Sequence record: OL960581
Strand: one strand, 5' to 3'
Length of the DNA: 64,000 bases
DNA from: Escherichia phage vB_EcoM_SA20RB
A model generated the notes under the pieces. It was not told where the DNA came from. It saw only the letters and a program-made list of their open reading frames with translations, and made no database searches. Of the stretch, positions 1 through 9,855 are shown in pieces (position 1 is the first letter of the stretch; each line of letters opens with the position of its first letter). The translations under genes were made by a program, and so were the position numbers.

Positions 1-1
1 C

Positions 2-169
2 TTCCAACCAGTAATGGGATTCAAAACTCGTTACGGTATCGGTATCAACCCATTTGCAGAATCCGCTGCTCAGGCTCCGGCTTCTCGCATCCAGAGCGGT
101 ATGCCTTCTATTCTGAATAGCCTTGGTAAAAACGCTTACTTCCGCCGTGTATATGTTAAAGGTATCTAA
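2..169 (+). CDS. 23: major capsid protein gp23, C-terminal fragment (5-prime end outside window)
   Basis: Frame translates to ...GFKTRYGIGINPFAESAAQAPASRIQSGMPSILNSLGKNAYFRRVYVKGI*, matching the T4 gp23 C-terminus as recalled; followed by a terminator hairpin. Confidence 0.9.
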   Translation, partial: FQPVMGFKTRYGIGINPFAESAAQAPASRIQSGMPSILNSLGKNAYFRRVYVKGI

Positions 170-184
170 TCTTTGACGATTTAA

Positions 185-212
185 GGGACCTTCGGGTCCC
201 TTTAGTTGTTTT
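185..212 (+). terminator. rho-independent terminator hairpin GGGACC-TTCG-GGTCCC plus T-run
   Basis: Perfect 6-bp GC stem with UUCG tetraloop followed by TTTAGTTGTTTTT, directly after the gene 23 stop. Confidence 0.7.
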
Positions 213-218
213 TATGGT

Positions 219-226
219 ATAAATAA
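219..226 (+). promoter_or_regulatory. T4-type late promoter TATAAATA for gene 24
   Basis: Exact TATAAATA 27 nt upstream of the gp24 ATG. Confidence 0.7.
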
Positions 227-252
227 ATCATATAAACCAAAAGGAAAGCGCA

Positions 253-1536
253 ATGGCTAAAATCAACGAACTTCTGCGCGAATCAACCACAACGAATAGC
301 AACTCAATCGGTCGCCCAAATCTCGTTGCTTTGACTCGCGCTACCACTAAATTAATATATTCTGACATTGTAGCAACGCAAAGAACTAATCAACCTGTTG
401 CTGCTTTTTATGGTATCAAATACCTTAACCCAGACAATGAATTTACATTTAAAACTGGTGCTACTTACGCTGGCGAAGCTGGATATGTAGACCGAGAACA
501 AATCACAGAATTAACAGAAGAGTCTAAATTAACTCTCAATAAAGGCGATTTATTCAAATATAATAATATCGTTTATAAAGTATTAGAAGATACACCATTT
601 GCTACCATTGAAGAAAGCGATTTAGAACTAGCTCTTCAGATTGCAATTGTTCTTTTAAAGGTTCGTCTATTTTCTGACGCAGCGTCAACGAGCAAATTTG
701 AAAGCTCTGATAGCGAAATTGCTGATGCTAGATTCCAGATTAATAAATGGCAAACCGCAGTTAAATCTCGTAAACTTAAAACTGGCATTACAGTTGAATT
801 AGCACAAGATTTAGAAGCAAATGGATTCGATGCTCCTAATTTCTTGGAAGATTTGCTTGCAACTGAAATGGCGGATGAAATCAATAAAGATATTCTACAG
901 TCTTTGATTACAGTGTCAAAACGCTATAAAGTTACAGGAATTACTGATACTGGATTCATTGATTTGAGTTATGCATCTGCACCTGAAGCTGGTCGTTCAT
1001 TATACCGAATGGTGTGTGAAATGGTTTCGCATATCCAAAAAGAATCAACTTATACTGCAACGTTCTGTGTTGCTTCAGCTCGTGCCGCTGCGATTCTTGC
1101 TGCATCAGGTTGGTTAAAACATAAACCAGAAGATGATAAATATCTTTCACAAAATGCCTATGGGTTCTTAGCTAATGGTTTACCGCTTTATTGCGATACT
1201 AACAGCCCATTAGATTATGTAATCGTTGGCGTAGTAGAAAATATTGGTGAAAAAGAAATTGTCGGATCAATTTTCTATGCTCCGTATACAGAAGGTCTTG
1301 ACTTAGATGACCCTGAACATGTAGGTGCATTTAAAGTTGTAGTTGATCCAGAAAGTTTGCAGCCATCTATCGGTTTATTGGTTAGATATGCTTTATCTGC
1401 AAATCCTTACACTGTAGCAAAAGACGAAAAAGAAGCAAGAATAATTGATGGTGGAGACATGGATAAAATGGCGGGTCGTTCAGATTTGTCTGTTTTATTA
1501 GGTGTTAAGCTACCAAAAATTATCGTCGATGAATAA
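253..1536 (+). CDS. 24: head vertex protein gp24
   Basis: 427 aa, same length as T4 gp24; sequence recognised; sits directly after gene 23. Confidence 0.95.
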   Translation: MAKINELLRESTTTNSNSIGRPNLVALTRATTKLIYSDIVATQRTNQPVAAFYGIKYLNPDNEFTFKTGATYAGEAGYVDREQITELTEESKLTLNKGDLFKYNNIVYKVLEDTPFATIEESDLELALQIAIVLLKVRLFSDAASTSKFESSDSEIADARFQINKWQTAVKSRKLKTGITVELAQDLEANGFDAPNFLEDLLATEMADEINKDILQSLITVSKRYKVTGITDTGFIDLSYASAPEAGRSLYRMVCEMVSHIQKESTYTATFCVASARAAAILAASGWLKHKPEDDKYLSQNAYGFLANGLPLYCDTNSPLDYVIVGVVENIGEKEIVGSIFYAPYTEGLDLDDPEHVGAFKVVVDPESLQPSIGLLVRYALSANPYTVAKDEKEARIIDGGDMDKMAGRSDLSVLLGVKLPKIIVDE

Positions 1537-1567
1537 AACAAAGGGACCTTTCGGTCCCTTTTTATTT
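1537..1567. terminator. bidirectional terminator hairpin GGGACC-TTTC-GGTCCC between convergent genes 24 and rnlB
   Basis: GC stem flanked by an A-run on one side and a T-run on the other. Confidence 0.7.
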
Positions 1568-2570
1568 AACTTACCAATTCAATCCAAGCCGGGCGAAGTA
1601 CATCTTGTACCATTTTAACTAATTCCTTTTTAATCAAAGAAGGATTATCCGCTTGAGTTAAAGTAATACCTTCACGAGAAGTTTCTTCCAAAATATCTTG
1701 AACAGTTAGTCCCATCACCTTTCCAAAATCCTTCGGACCAATTTCGCCAATTTTAGAAATAACGTTATTTACCCGGTTCAGTGTAACGTAACAAGCTAAA
1801 ATTCCCACCAATTTGTTATCAGCTTCTGACAGTTCAACTTTAGCTTTAATAGGCTTATCAGACTTTTTCTTTTCGCTAAATTTAGAGTTCTTGCATTTAA
1901 TAGCTACACGATTGCCATTAGGCATCCAAGAAGGATAACAAGGTTTCAATACATAACCTTCAGCGGTAAATACTTCGCCTTTTGCTTCGGCATTCCAAAC
2001 GCATTTATTTGCATCAACTAATCCAGCATGGTCTACTGTAAAATTATAATCTTGAACGACAGAATCTAAATCGTTTGGCAATTTAATAAGCTCTTCAAAT
2101 TTACCGCGACCTAAAAGTGGAGCCATTTTAAATTTAAATGTATTACAGAATGATTCCATCATATAATCATCGACATAAGTCACATCACCACTTTCGGTAG
2201 TAACAATAATGTCAAATACATAAAAATCTTTATCGCCATAATCGACATTCTTCTGAATGCCAGGTCCAGCGAATTCGCCAAAGACTTGATAAGATACAAC
2301 CGCTGAAGTTTCCATAATATCTTGTACTGCTTTAATGGAATCAGCATAATTCTTTAGAATAATTTCATACCCAAAGAAATCTTCAGCAGGAAGAATCGGT
2401 CCAGTACGTTTAGCACAAGTTGCTTTATCGCGCTCAATAATCAACGAGAAATTTGTACCATGAATCTTTTCACGAGCTACCCATTCGCCGCCAGTCAATC
2501 CTAGACTGTAAAGTTTTTCAATGAATTTAGAGTTGTAATGATTTTCAAGACTGCTATACTTTTTAAACAT
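1566..2570 (-). CDS. rnlB: RNA ligase 2
   Basis: 334 aa, same length as T4 Rnl2 (gene 24.1); nucleotidyltransferase lysine motif EKIHGTN near the N-terminus. Confidence 0.9.
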   Translation of the reverse strand: MFKKYSSLENHYNSKFIEKLYSLGLTGGEWVAREKIHGTNFSLIIERDKATCAKRTGPILPAEDFFGYEIILKNYADSIKAVQDIMETSAVVSYQVFGEFAGPGIQKNVDYGDKDFYVFDIIVTTESGDVTYVDDYMMESFCNTFKFKMAPLLGRGKFEELIKLPNDLDSVVQDYNFTVDHAGLVDANKCVWNAEAKGEVFTAEGYVLKPCYPSWMPNGNRVAIKCKNSKFSEKKKSDKPIKAKVELSEADNKLVGILACYVTLNRVNNVISKIGEIGPKDFGKVMGLTVQDILEETSREGITLTQADNPSLIKKELVKMVQDVLRPAWIELVS

Positions 2571-2579
2571 AATTAATCC

Positions 2580-2858
2580 TCAAAATGTAATTTCTAACCA
2601 ATCACCATCACGCTGATCACTATTGACTTTAAAGCTAAATCCTTCTTTTCTCAGCCAATCACCAATTTCTTCAGTAATCAATTTATCGCGAGCGGTACAA
2701 TAATAACTAAAATATGTTTTACCTTGTTCAGCTGCTTTATTAGCAAGTTCTGAAAAATCTTTAATAAAACACTCTAGCTTAAACTGTTTACTTTTAAGTG
2801 CTTTTTCGCGTAATTGATTAGCAAAAGATTCATTTTCATAAAGATCATACTGTTCCAT
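2580..2858 (-). CDS. hypothetical protein (position of T4 24.2)
   Basis: 92-aa ORF, position conserved relative to rnlB and hoc. Confidence 0.6.
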   Translation of the reverse strand: MEQYDLYENESFANQLREKALKSKQFKLECFIKDFSELANKAAEQGKTYFSYYCTARDKLITEEIGDWLRKEGFSFKVNSDQRDGDWLEITF

Positions 2859-3060
2859 TTTTCACCTTTTTATTAATATGTCTTTTTCTATAGACAACTT
2901 TTTCTCGAGTCTCAAATTTATTCTTAGCAGTCATAGCTCGAGCCCATAATACAGCCACTTCTTTCGCCTGTAAGTTCAATTCACGAGCAATTTCAATGAA
3001 TGACTTTCCAGACTCATGGAGTGTAAACACCACAACCTCAGTTCTCATAATCAATCTCAT
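2845..3060 (-). CDS. hypothetical protein (position of T4 24.3), possible helix-turn-helix
   Basis: 71-aa ORF overlapping the downstream gene by a few codons. Confidence 0.55.
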   Translation of the reverse strand: MRLIMRTEVVVFTLHESGKSFIEIARELNLQAKEVAVLWARAMTAKNKFETREKVVYRKRHINKKVKNGTV

Positions 3061-3117
3061 GTTATCGAGTTGGTGCCATTATATACATCGTTTTCCGATT
3101 GTGTTTTGTGTGCTTTC

Positions 3118-3146
3118 AAAATGAAGAAAGGGGCCGAAGCCCCTGA
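3118..3146 (-). terminator. terminator hairpin GGGGC-CGAA-GCCCC downstream of hoc
   Basis: GC stem and tetraloop followed on the minus strand by TTTCTTCATTTT. Confidence 0.6.
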
Positions 3147-3148
3147 GA

Positions 3149-4567
3149 TTATGGATAGGTATAGATGATACCAGTTTCTAAAGCAGTTTTATGAATGATG
3201 TATCCATTACGTGATTCTTGAACATCAACTTCTGGATAGTCTTTCATCATCTTCTGAAGAGTGTAACGATGCAAGTAGTATTTACTATCTGGATCTTCAG
3301 TTTTCCAATCTTTACCTTCTTCAGTCATTTTTTGGATTTCATCCATAACCCACCAACCGCACCAGATATAAGCTGAAGTACGATGTGGAAGAGGATGAAC
3401 ATAAGGTAATTCACCTTCTGGTTCCGGAGCAACTTTATCAGTTACCTGAACTTGACCTTCTGCTGTGATAGTTTTGCTATCATAATCAGTGGCAGTAACA
3501 GTTGCAGTAACTTCAATAGTTTGACTTCCAATAGATGATGTATCAACGGTGTATACATTAGTTGACCCTTCTACAGGAGAAGAATCTTTCTTCCATGAAT
3601 ACGTAATTTGTGCTTCTTCCGGAGCATCCGTAACATTAGCAGTAAATGTAGCCGAAGCATCTTGCTGAACATTAATAGAAGGAGGAGTCAATGTAACCTG
3701 TGGATTCATTGTCTTCTTATTAACTGTCAATGATACTTCATTAGAAGTAACTTCCTTTTCATTATAATTTTCTGCAGTTACTTGGGCTACGCATTTAATT
3801 CTTTTTACTCCACTTGTAGTTGGAGTATAGTTAAATGTAGAGTTAGTTTCTCCACCAACTTGTGAATCATCTACATACCACTGATACGTGGCAGACGCTC
3901 CATCAGGTTGAGAAGCTAAGGCAGCAGTAAATTGAACCGGGGTTCCAATTACTCCAGCAGCAGGACTAGCAGGAGTTACTGCCAAGGTAGTTGTCTGCGT
4001 CTTTTTATTAACAGTCAGTGACACTTCATTAGAAGTAACTTCCTTTGTATCATAATCTGCCGCGGTTACTTGAGCTACACACTTAATTGTTTTAACTCCG
4101 CTTGTGGAAGGAGTGTAATTGAATGTAGCAGAAGTTGCTTCGCCTACAGGAGAACCGTCAACGTACCATTGATACGTAGCAGTTGCGCCAGATGGCTGTG
4201 AAGCTAAGGCAGCAGTAAATTCAACGGCTGTTCCGATTACTCCTTCTGGAGGACTATTAGGAGTTACAGCTAAGGTAGTTGTTTGTGTCTTATTTTGAAC
4301 TGTGATAGTTATAGTAGCTTCTGCTGTTTCAGCATCAGTATCTGGAACTGGGTTTGTTGCAACTACTTTAATAGTTTTTTGACCGGCAGGTCCTTTTAGT
4401 ACATAACTAAAAGTTGCTTCAGTTCCATCTTGTGGAACATCGTCTACAGTCCAAGCATATGTAATAGGTCCATCTCCAGTTTGACCACTGGGTGTAGCAG
4501 TAAACTGCTGAGTCTGATCTATAACTCCAGTAGGTGTTTTAGGAGTTATATCAACTGTAAAAGCCAT
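3149..4567 (-). CDS. hoc: highly immunogenic outer capsid protein Hoc, with four Ig-like domains
   Basis: 472 aa; recognisable Hoc C-terminal capsid-binding region; two near-identical tandem 96-aa Ig-like modules; T4 Hoc as recalled is 376 aa. Confidence 0.9.
   Translation of the reverse strand: MAFTVDITPKTPTGVIDQTQQFTATPSGQTGDGPITYAWTVDDVPQDGTEATFSYVLKGPAGQKTIKVVATNPVPDTDAETAEATITITVQNKTQTTTLAVTPNSPPEGVIGTAVEFTAALASQPSGATATYQWYVDGSPVGEATSATFNYTPSTSGVKTIKCVAQVTAADYDTKEVTSNEVSLTVNKKTQTTTLAVTPASPAAGVIGTPVQFTAALASQPDGASATYQWYVDDSQVGGETNSTFNYTPTTSGVKRIKCVAQVTAENYNEKEVTSNEVSLTVNKKTMNPQVTLTPPSINVQQDASATFTANVTDAPEEAQITYSWKKDSSPVEGSTNVYTVDTSSIGSQTIEVTATVTATDYDSKTITAEGQVQVTDKVAPEPEGELPYVHPLPHRTSAYIWCGWWVMDEIQKMTEEGKDWKTEDPDSKYYLHRYTLQKMMKDYPEVDVQESRNGYIIHKTALETGIIYTYP
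3719..4294 (-). repeat. tandem duplication of a 288-bp Ig-like domain coding unit inside hoc
   Basis: Protein segments KKTQTTTLAVTPNSP...SNEVSLTVN and KKTQTTTLAVTPASP...SNEVSLTVN are about 85 percent identical; the DNA copies are visibly similar. Confidence 0.85.
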
Positions 4568-4576
4568 AAGTTATCC

Positions 4577-5257
4577 TTATTTTAATGTTACGAAAGAAGA
4601 ATTGCGTGTTTCACGAATTAGAACTGATCCGTCGCGATTAATGTAATAAATTAAGCTAAATAAAGTTTGGTGTGCCAACGCATGTTCAAAACTAGTTGGG
4701 TGAGATTTCCAATCCGGAGTTTCAGCAATCCACTGGTAAATCCACCAAGGAACAGTGCAGAATCCTGGATTTTTTCCAATTAGCTGAAGATTCGGACTAA
4801 AGTTTTCCGGAAGAGTAAATACAGACGGCTTTTCAGATTCAATAATCTCAGCTACAGCCTGTTCGAATTTTTCTTCAACAAAAGGAGTATCTTCAATCAA
4901 AACATCGGTATTTTCAGGAATTTTATCCGTTTCTACTACTTCAATTTTAATGTCAGATTTAACCGGAGAATCAATCAGAAGTGCTGCTTCTGGATTGACT
5001 TCTTCATCGTCATATTTTAACCCCTCTGCAGCATCAGCAGCATTGATTAAGTCTTTAATAGATAACCCATCAGTCTCTGGCATAGGTTCACTAGCGAGCT
5101 TCTGGAGGGCTTCTTCAATATCAACAACGATATTATCAAAAGATTTATTCTTTTTGACCTTTATACCAAACTGTTCAGCATATTCAGCTAATTTAGCCTT
5201 AGCTTCTTTATTATCATCAAGAGCCTTCAGCTCTGCAATATAATCTTTATCTATCAT
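4577..5257 (-). CDS. inh: inhibitor of prohead protease Inh
   Basis: 226 aa, acidic; position between hoc and uvsW as in T4; SD GAGGAAA upstream. Confidence 0.8.
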   Translation of the reverse strand: MIDKDYIAELKALDDNKEAKAKLAEYAEQFGIKVKKNKSFDNIVVDIEEALQKLASEPMPETDGLSIKDLINAADAAEGLKYDDEEVNPEAALLIDSPVKSDIKIEVVETDKIPENTDVLIEDTPFVEEKFEQAVAEIIESEKPSVFTLPENFSPNLQLIGKNPGFCTVPWWIYQWIAETPDWKSHPTSFEHALAHQTLFSLIYYINRDGSVLIRETRNSSFVTLK

Positions 5258-5270
5258 AATATTTCCTCAG

Positions 5271-5278
5271 TATAAATA
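5271..5278 (+). promoter_or_regulatory. late promoter TATAAATA for uvsW
   Basis: Exact TATAAATA about 30 nt upstream of the uvsW ATG. Confidence 0.6.
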
Positions 5279-5307
5279 TAGATATATTTATTACATGGTA
5301 TTTAGAC

Positions 5308-6819
5308 ATGACTGACATTAAAGTACATTTTTATGATTTTAGTCACGTGAGAATTGATTGTGAAGAAAGTACATTTCATGAACTCCGTGATTTCTTTAGC
5401 TTTGAAGCTGATGGGTATCGTTTTAATCCGAAGTACAAATATGGCCACTGGGATGGACGAATCCGTCTTTTAGATTATAATCGTCTTCTTCCATTCGGCT
5501 TAGTCGGACAAATTAAAAAGTTCTGCGATAACTTTGGCTATAAAGCTTGGATTGACCCACAGATTAACGAAAAAGAAGAATTATCAAGAAAAGATTTTGA
5601 TGAATGGCTTTCTAAGTTAGAAATCTATTCAGGAAATAAAAGAATTGAACCACACTGGTATCAAAAAGATGCAGTGTTCGAAGGATTAGTTAATCGTCGT
5701 AGAATTCTTAATCTTCCAACATCCGCAGGTAAATCTTTAATTCAAGCTTTGCTTGCACGTTATTATTTGGAAAATTATGAAGGTAAAATTCTTATCATTG
5801 TTCCAACAACTGCTCTGACAACTCAGATGGCTGATGACTTTGTTGACTATCGTTTATTCAGTCATGCAATGATAAAGAAAATCGGCGGTGGAGCATCAAA
5901 AGATGATAAATATAAAAATGATGCACCGGTAATTGTTGGTACATGGCAAACTGTAGTAAAACAACCAAAAGAATGGTTCTCACAGTTTGGAATGATGATG
6001 AATGATGAATGCCATCTTGCCACAGGAAAAAGTATTTCATCTATCATATCAGGTTTAAATAACTGCATGTTCAAATTCGGTTTGTCTGGTTCATTACGTG
6101 ATGGCAAAGCCAATATCATGCAGTATGTTGGAATGTTTGGTGAAATATTTAAGCCAGTAACGACTTCTAAATTAATGGAAGATGGACAAGTAACTGAGCT
6201 AAAAATTAATAGTATTTTTCTTCGTTATCCTGATGAGTTCACTACTAAATTAAAGGGAAAAACTTACCAAGAAGAAATAAAAATTATTACTGGGCTCAGT
6301 AAAAGAAATAAATGGATCGCTAAATTAGCTATTAAACTTGCGCAAAAAGATGAAAACGCTTTTGTCATGTTTAAGCATGTATCACATGGTAAAGCTATTT
6401 TCGATTTAATTAAAAATGAATACGATAAAGTTTATTACGTATCAGGGGAAGTTGATACCGAAACACGCAACGTAATGAAAACCCTAGCTGAAAACGGTAA
6501 AGGAATAATTATAGTAGCTAGTTATGGTGTATTTTCTACTGGTATTTCAGTTAAAAATCTGCATCACGTTGTTTTAGCACACGGTGTTAAATCTAAAATT
6601 ATTGTATTGCAAACAATAGGTCGCGTATTACGTAAGCATGGTTCTAAAACAATCGCAACGGTCTGGGACCTCATAGATGATTGCGGTGTTAAGCCAAAAT
6701 CTGCTAATACGAAAAAGAAATATGTTCATTTGAACTATCTTTTAAAACACGGCATTGATCGTATTCAGCGATACGCAGATGAAAAATTTAATTACGTAAT
6801 GAAAACAGTTAATTTATAA
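5308..6819 (+). CDS. uvsW: UvsW DNA/RNA helicase (SF2)
   Basis: 503 aa; Walker A PTSAGKS and DECH box; sequence recognised. Confidence 0.95.
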   Translation: MTDIKVHFYDFSHVRIDCEESTFHELRDFFSFEADGYRFNPKYKYGHWDGRIRLLDYNRLLPFGLVGQIKKFCDNFGYKAWIDPQINEKEELSRKDFDEWLSKLEIYSGNKRIEPHWYQKDAVFEGLVNRRRILNLPTSAGKSLIQALLARYYLENYEGKILIIVPTTALTTQMADDFVDYRLFSHAMIKKIGGGASKDDKYKNDAPVIVGTWQTVVKQPKEWFSQFGMMMNDECHLATGKSISSIISGLNNCMFKFGLSGSLRDGKANIMQYVGMFGEIFKPVTTSKLMEDGQVTELKINSIFLRYPDEFTTKLKGKTYQEEIKIITGLSKRNKWIAKLAIKLAQKDENAFVMFKHVSHGKAIFDLIKNEYDKVYYVSGEVDTETRNVMKTLAENGKGIIIVASYGVFSTGISVKNLHHVVLAHGVKSKIIVLQTIGRVLRKHGSKTIATVWDLIDDCGVKPKSANTKKKYVHLNYLLKHGIDRIQRYADEKFNYVMKTVNL

Positions 6820-6832
6820 GGGCTTTGGCCCT

Positions 6833-7075
6833 TTGGAGAAAAAGATGTTACTAGAATTTAAACAATTTCTTTATGAAGCTTCTATTGATGAATTTATGGG
6901 TAAAATTGCCTCTTGTCAAACATTAGAAGGTCTAGAAGAACTTGAAGCTTATTACAAGAAAAGAGTTAAAGAAACTGAATTAAAAGATACTGATGACATC
7001 TCTGTGAGAGATGCTTTGGCAGGAAAAAGAGCTGAATTAGAAGATTCAGACGATGAAGTAGAAGAAAGCTTTTAA
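6833..7075 (+). CDS. uvsW.1: UvsW.1 small acidic protein
   Basis: 80-aa ORF immediately after uvsW with SD GGAG; position as in T4. Confidence 0.7.
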   Translation: MEKKMLLEFKQFLYEASIDEFMGKIASCQTLEGLEELEAYYKKRVKETELKDTDDISVRDALAGKRAELEDSDDEVEESF

Positions 7076-7130
7076 ATTAAAAAAGGCCCAACCAAAAAGG
7101 AAGGGCCAAAACTATAGACTAAAGGTCACA

Positions 7131-7298
7131 CTATAGCAAAAGTTGTGTTTCATTTAATTGTTCTTCCGAACTTTCTGAAACTGGTAGTTCTTTAATGTAA
7201 TTATAACAAGGCCCAGGATGTACAGGACCTTTGTCTGTTTCAACAACCAATGCAGAATCGATTGGAGTTTTACAGACAACACAAATCTTATCTGACAT
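7131..7298 (-). CDS. small Cys-containing protein (position of T4 uvsY.-2)
   Basis: 55-aa ORF read by hand (MSDKICVVCKTPIDSALVVETDKGPVHPGPCYNYIKELPVSESSEEQLNETQLLL); SD GAGGAG 7 nt upstream; late promoter upstream; below the 60-aa cutoff of the ORF track. Confidence 0.55.
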   Translation of the reverse strand: MSDKICVVCKTPIDSALVVETDKGPVHPGPCYNYIKELPVSESSEEQLNETQLLL

Positions 7299-7323
7299 GA
7301 TTGTCTCCTCTAAATTATATATC

Positions 7324-7331
7324 TATTTATA
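7324..7331 (-). promoter_or_regulatory. late promoter TATAAATA (minus strand)
   Basis: Exact TATAAATA on the minus strand 26 nt upstream of the 55-aa ORF. Confidence 0.55.
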
Positions 7332-7551
7332 TAACTCTCATATGCATATCAATGCCCATATCTTTAGAATAAAAATATTCATCAAGATATCCGGCAAATT
7401 TTCCTTTAATATAAAGTACATCTTCACCGCATGGATGGTCGGCCAGGATACGAATATCCTGACGCTTGAGATTATACTTTTTCATTAAGAATTGAATTTC
7501 CGTTTCAAATTCTTCTTCATAATTAAAAGCATCATCAATGCTATATTTCAT
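7327..7551 (-). CDS. hypothetical protein (position of T4 uvsY.-1)
   Basis: 74-aa ORF whose start overlaps the uvsY stop. Confidence 0.6.
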   Translation of the reverse strand: MKYSIDDAFNYEEEFETEIQFLMKKYNLKRQDIRILADHPCGEDVLYIKGKFAGYLDEYFYSKDMGIDMHMRVI

Positions 7552-7964
7552 TATTTTCCAGCCTCAAATGCTCGCATGTCTTGAATATGCTTAATAGCAA
7601 ATCCACGTGATTTAATAGCATCAAGAGCTCCGCTACAGAAATCCAATAAAATTCCCCAATATTGTAATGAAGTATCAACTTTTAAAACATCCTTATCAGC
7701 TGATAGAACTGTCTTCATTTCTGATTTCTCATAACGGTCCATACTAAATTCATCACCATCTCCTCGTCCCGAGTAGTAGTCTAATTTAGCTTTAAGAGCA
7801 ACTTTTTTCTGTGCGTCAATTCTAAGCATTTCCTTTTTAATACTTGAATGCTTATTGAGCCATTTACTATATAACATCACATTATTAGCTGCTTCATACT
7901 GTAATTTAGTCGAATCTATAAACACATCTTTCTTCAATTCTTCTTGAAGATCTTCTAATTTCAT
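7551..7964 (-). CDS. uvsY: UvsY recombination mediator
   Basis: 137 aa, same length as T4 UvsY; sequence recognised. Confidence 0.95.
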   Translation of the reverse strand: MKLEDLQEELKKDVFIDSTKLQYEAANNVMLYSKWLNKHSSIKKEMLRIDAQKKVALKAKLDYYSGRGDGDEFSMDRYEKSEMKTVLSADKDVLKVDTSLQYWGILLDFCSGALDAIKSRGFAIKHIQDMRAFEAGK

Positions 7965-8004
7965 ATTGTTCTCTATTCAATTGTTATTGGATGGACTTAG
8001 ATTC

Positions 8005-8030
8005 ATTATACCACGTTTATACGTGAAGCA
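8005..8030 (-). promoter_or_regulatory. MotA-dependent middle promoter for uvsY
   Basis: Minus strand reads TGCTTCA, 13 nt, TATAAT, about 35 nt upstream of the uvsY ATG. Confidence 0.65.
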
Positions 8031-8429
8031 TTATACTCTGTTACTGGAAGCCAGTTGTAGTTTTATCTGCTCAATATCATCAGGGTTATCGATGACCGAA
8101 AAGCGTATTTCTACTATCAGAGTATAATCATCATAAACTGGTATTACATTAACTGCTAATTTATCAATACGTGGCTCGTAGTTTCTTACTGCGCTTTCAA
8201 TGTTACGCTCAACAGTATCAGCAGTAAGAGGAGTCATATTCTCAAAAAGCTGATCAGATAAATCGCATCCAAATTCTGGGTCAAATGGCCTTGACCCTTT
8301 CCTGGTTGTAATAATTCCTAAAAGACTATTTTTAATTGACCTTAATCCAAGAGATCTGGAAACGTCTTTGTCCCAATCCATTTTCATTTCTGGGTCAATG
8401 TCAGAATAAAGCTTATTAATATTTGCCAT
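8031..8429 (-). CDS. 25: baseplate wedge protein gp25
   Basis: 132 aa, same length as T4 gp25; conserved position. Confidence 0.9.
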   Translation of the reverse strand: MANINKLYSDIDPEMKMDWDKDVSRSLGLRSIKNSLLGIITTRKGSRPFDPEFGCDLSDQLFENMTPLTADTVERNIESAVRNYEPRIDKLAVNVIPVYDDYTLIVEIRFSVIDNPDDIEQIKLQLASSNRV

Positions 8430-9055
8430 TACAATAGCTCAAAGAATTCTTTGAGTCCTCTTATTACATGAGCGTGAGATTTTCCACACTCTGGACACTT
8501 AATTGGAACAGCCAAATAAACAGTAGGCTTTAAAAGCATATCTTTTATAGCTACAATATCTGACTCTGTGATGATAGAATATAAATCTTCCAACTCTTTT
8601 TCATTTAAGTCTTCAATTGGAATGCTTTCACCGTTAGCATGAATCGTTTCTATACATGATACTATCATGTGGGCTATATTTTTATCATCAAAAATTTTAG
8701 GGTAATGGAACTTAATTTTAATGTCACCCAGTGTATACCAGAGGTCTTCTGGTGCATCTATTTGTGTATGTAATAGATTTATATGGGTTGGTATTTCAGT
8801 TCCGCAGGTGCACTTCCAGGAGTTTTCGTGATTAACTTCTCCAAGAGAATGTGCCCATAAATGAATCAATAGTAGTTCTGATTCTTGGCGGTTTAAATCT
8901 TTTGCATTTGTGCATTCTTTGATTAGCTTTTTAACGATCTCTTCTACTGAACCGTTCTTTTTAGCAGTAATAAGTTCTAGATATTCTTTAAGAGTAAATG
9001 CGCGACAGTTGATTATTTTAGAACCAACTCTCACATCAAATTTGTATTCATACAT
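8429..9055 (-). CDS. 26: baseplate hub protein gp26
   Basis: 208 aa as in T4; start/stop overlap with gene 25. Confidence 0.85.
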   Translation of the reverse strand: MYEYKFDVRVGSKIINCRAFTLKEYLELITAKKNGSVEEIVKKLIKECTNAKDLNRQESELLLIHLWAHSLGEVNHENSWKCTCGTEIPTHINLLHTQIDAPEDLWYTLGDIKIKFHYPKIFDDKNIAHMIVSCIETIHANGESIPIEDLNEKELEDLYSIITESDIVAIKDMLLKPTVYLAVPIKCPECGKSHAHVIRGLKEFFELL

Positions 9056-9076
9056 ATTTAGCTCCTTTATTTATCA

Positions 9077-9088
9077 TATTTATAAATA
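9077..9088. promoter_or_regulatory. overlapping divergent late promoters for genes 26 (minus) and 51 (plus)
   Basis: TATTTATAAATA contains TATAAATA on both strands, 22 nt and 18 nt from the two ATGs. Confidence 0.6.
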
Positions 9089-9105
9089 GAATAAAAGGAG
9101 CATCT

Positions 9106-9855
9106 ATGGCAAACATTATTCGTTGTAAATTACCAGATGGTGTTCATCGTTTTAAACCATTTACGGTAGAAGATTATCGAGATTTTTTGTTAGTTCGAAA
9201 CGATATAGAACATCGGTCACCACAAGAACAAAAAGAAATAATTGCTGATTTAATTGCTGATTATTTTGGAGACTATCCGAAGACTTGGCAACCATTTATA
9301 TTTTTGCAGGTATTTGTAGGGTCAATAGGTAAAACTAAAGTACCGGTCACATTTGTATGTCCAAAATGTAAAAAAGAAAAGACAGTTCCATTTGAAATAT
9401 ATCAAAAAGAATTAAAGGAACCTGTTTTTGATGTAGCTAATGTTAAAATTAAATTAAAGTTTCCTTCTGAGTTTTATGAAAATAAAGCAAAGATGATTAC
9501 TGAAAATATTCATTCTGTTCAAGTAGATGAAACATGGTATGATTGGAAGGAAATTAGTGAATCAAGTCAAATAGAACTTGTTGATGCCATCGAGATAGAA
9601 ACATTAGAAAAAATTCTCGATGCAATGAATCCTATTAATTTAACGCTACACATGTCCTGCTGTGATAAGTATGTAAAAAAATACACTGATATAGTAGATG
9701 TGTTTAAGCTATTAGTTAACCCAGATGAGATATTTACTTTTTATCAAATTAATCACACACTCGTAAAAAGTAATTATAGCTTAAATTCAATAATGAAAAT
9801 GATTCCTGCCGAGCGCGGATTCGTATTAAAACTGATTGAGAAGGATAAACAATAA
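9106..9855 (+). CDS. 51: baseplate hub assembly protein gp51
   Basis: 249 aa as in T4. Confidence 0.85.
   Translation: MANIIRCKLPDGVHRFKPFTVEDYRDFLLVRNDIEHRSPQEQKEIIADLIADYFGDYPKTWQPFIFLQVFVGSIGKTKVPVTFVCPKCKKEKTVPFEIYQKELKEPVFDVANVKIKLKFPSEFYENKAKMITENIHSVQVDETWYDWKEISESSQIELVDAIEIETLEKILDAMNPINLTLHMSCCDKYVKKYTDIVDVFKLLVNPDEIFTFYQINHTLVKSNYSLNSIMKMIPAERGFVLKLIEKDKQ

Noticed and set aside
636-1150. Minus-strand ORFs (82 and 64 aa) inside gene 24
   Set aside because: Antisense to a gene with strong identity to gp24; no SD or promoter.
4950-5243. 97-aa plus-strand ORF rich in Ser/Ala
   Set aside because: Lies entirely antisense within the well-supported inh gene, is low-complexity and has no SD or promoter; judged a frame artefact.
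7111-7135. Short direct repeat ACTATAG twice, 18 bp apart
   Set aside because: Too short to distinguish from chance in AT-rich DNA; the second copy overlaps a stop codon.
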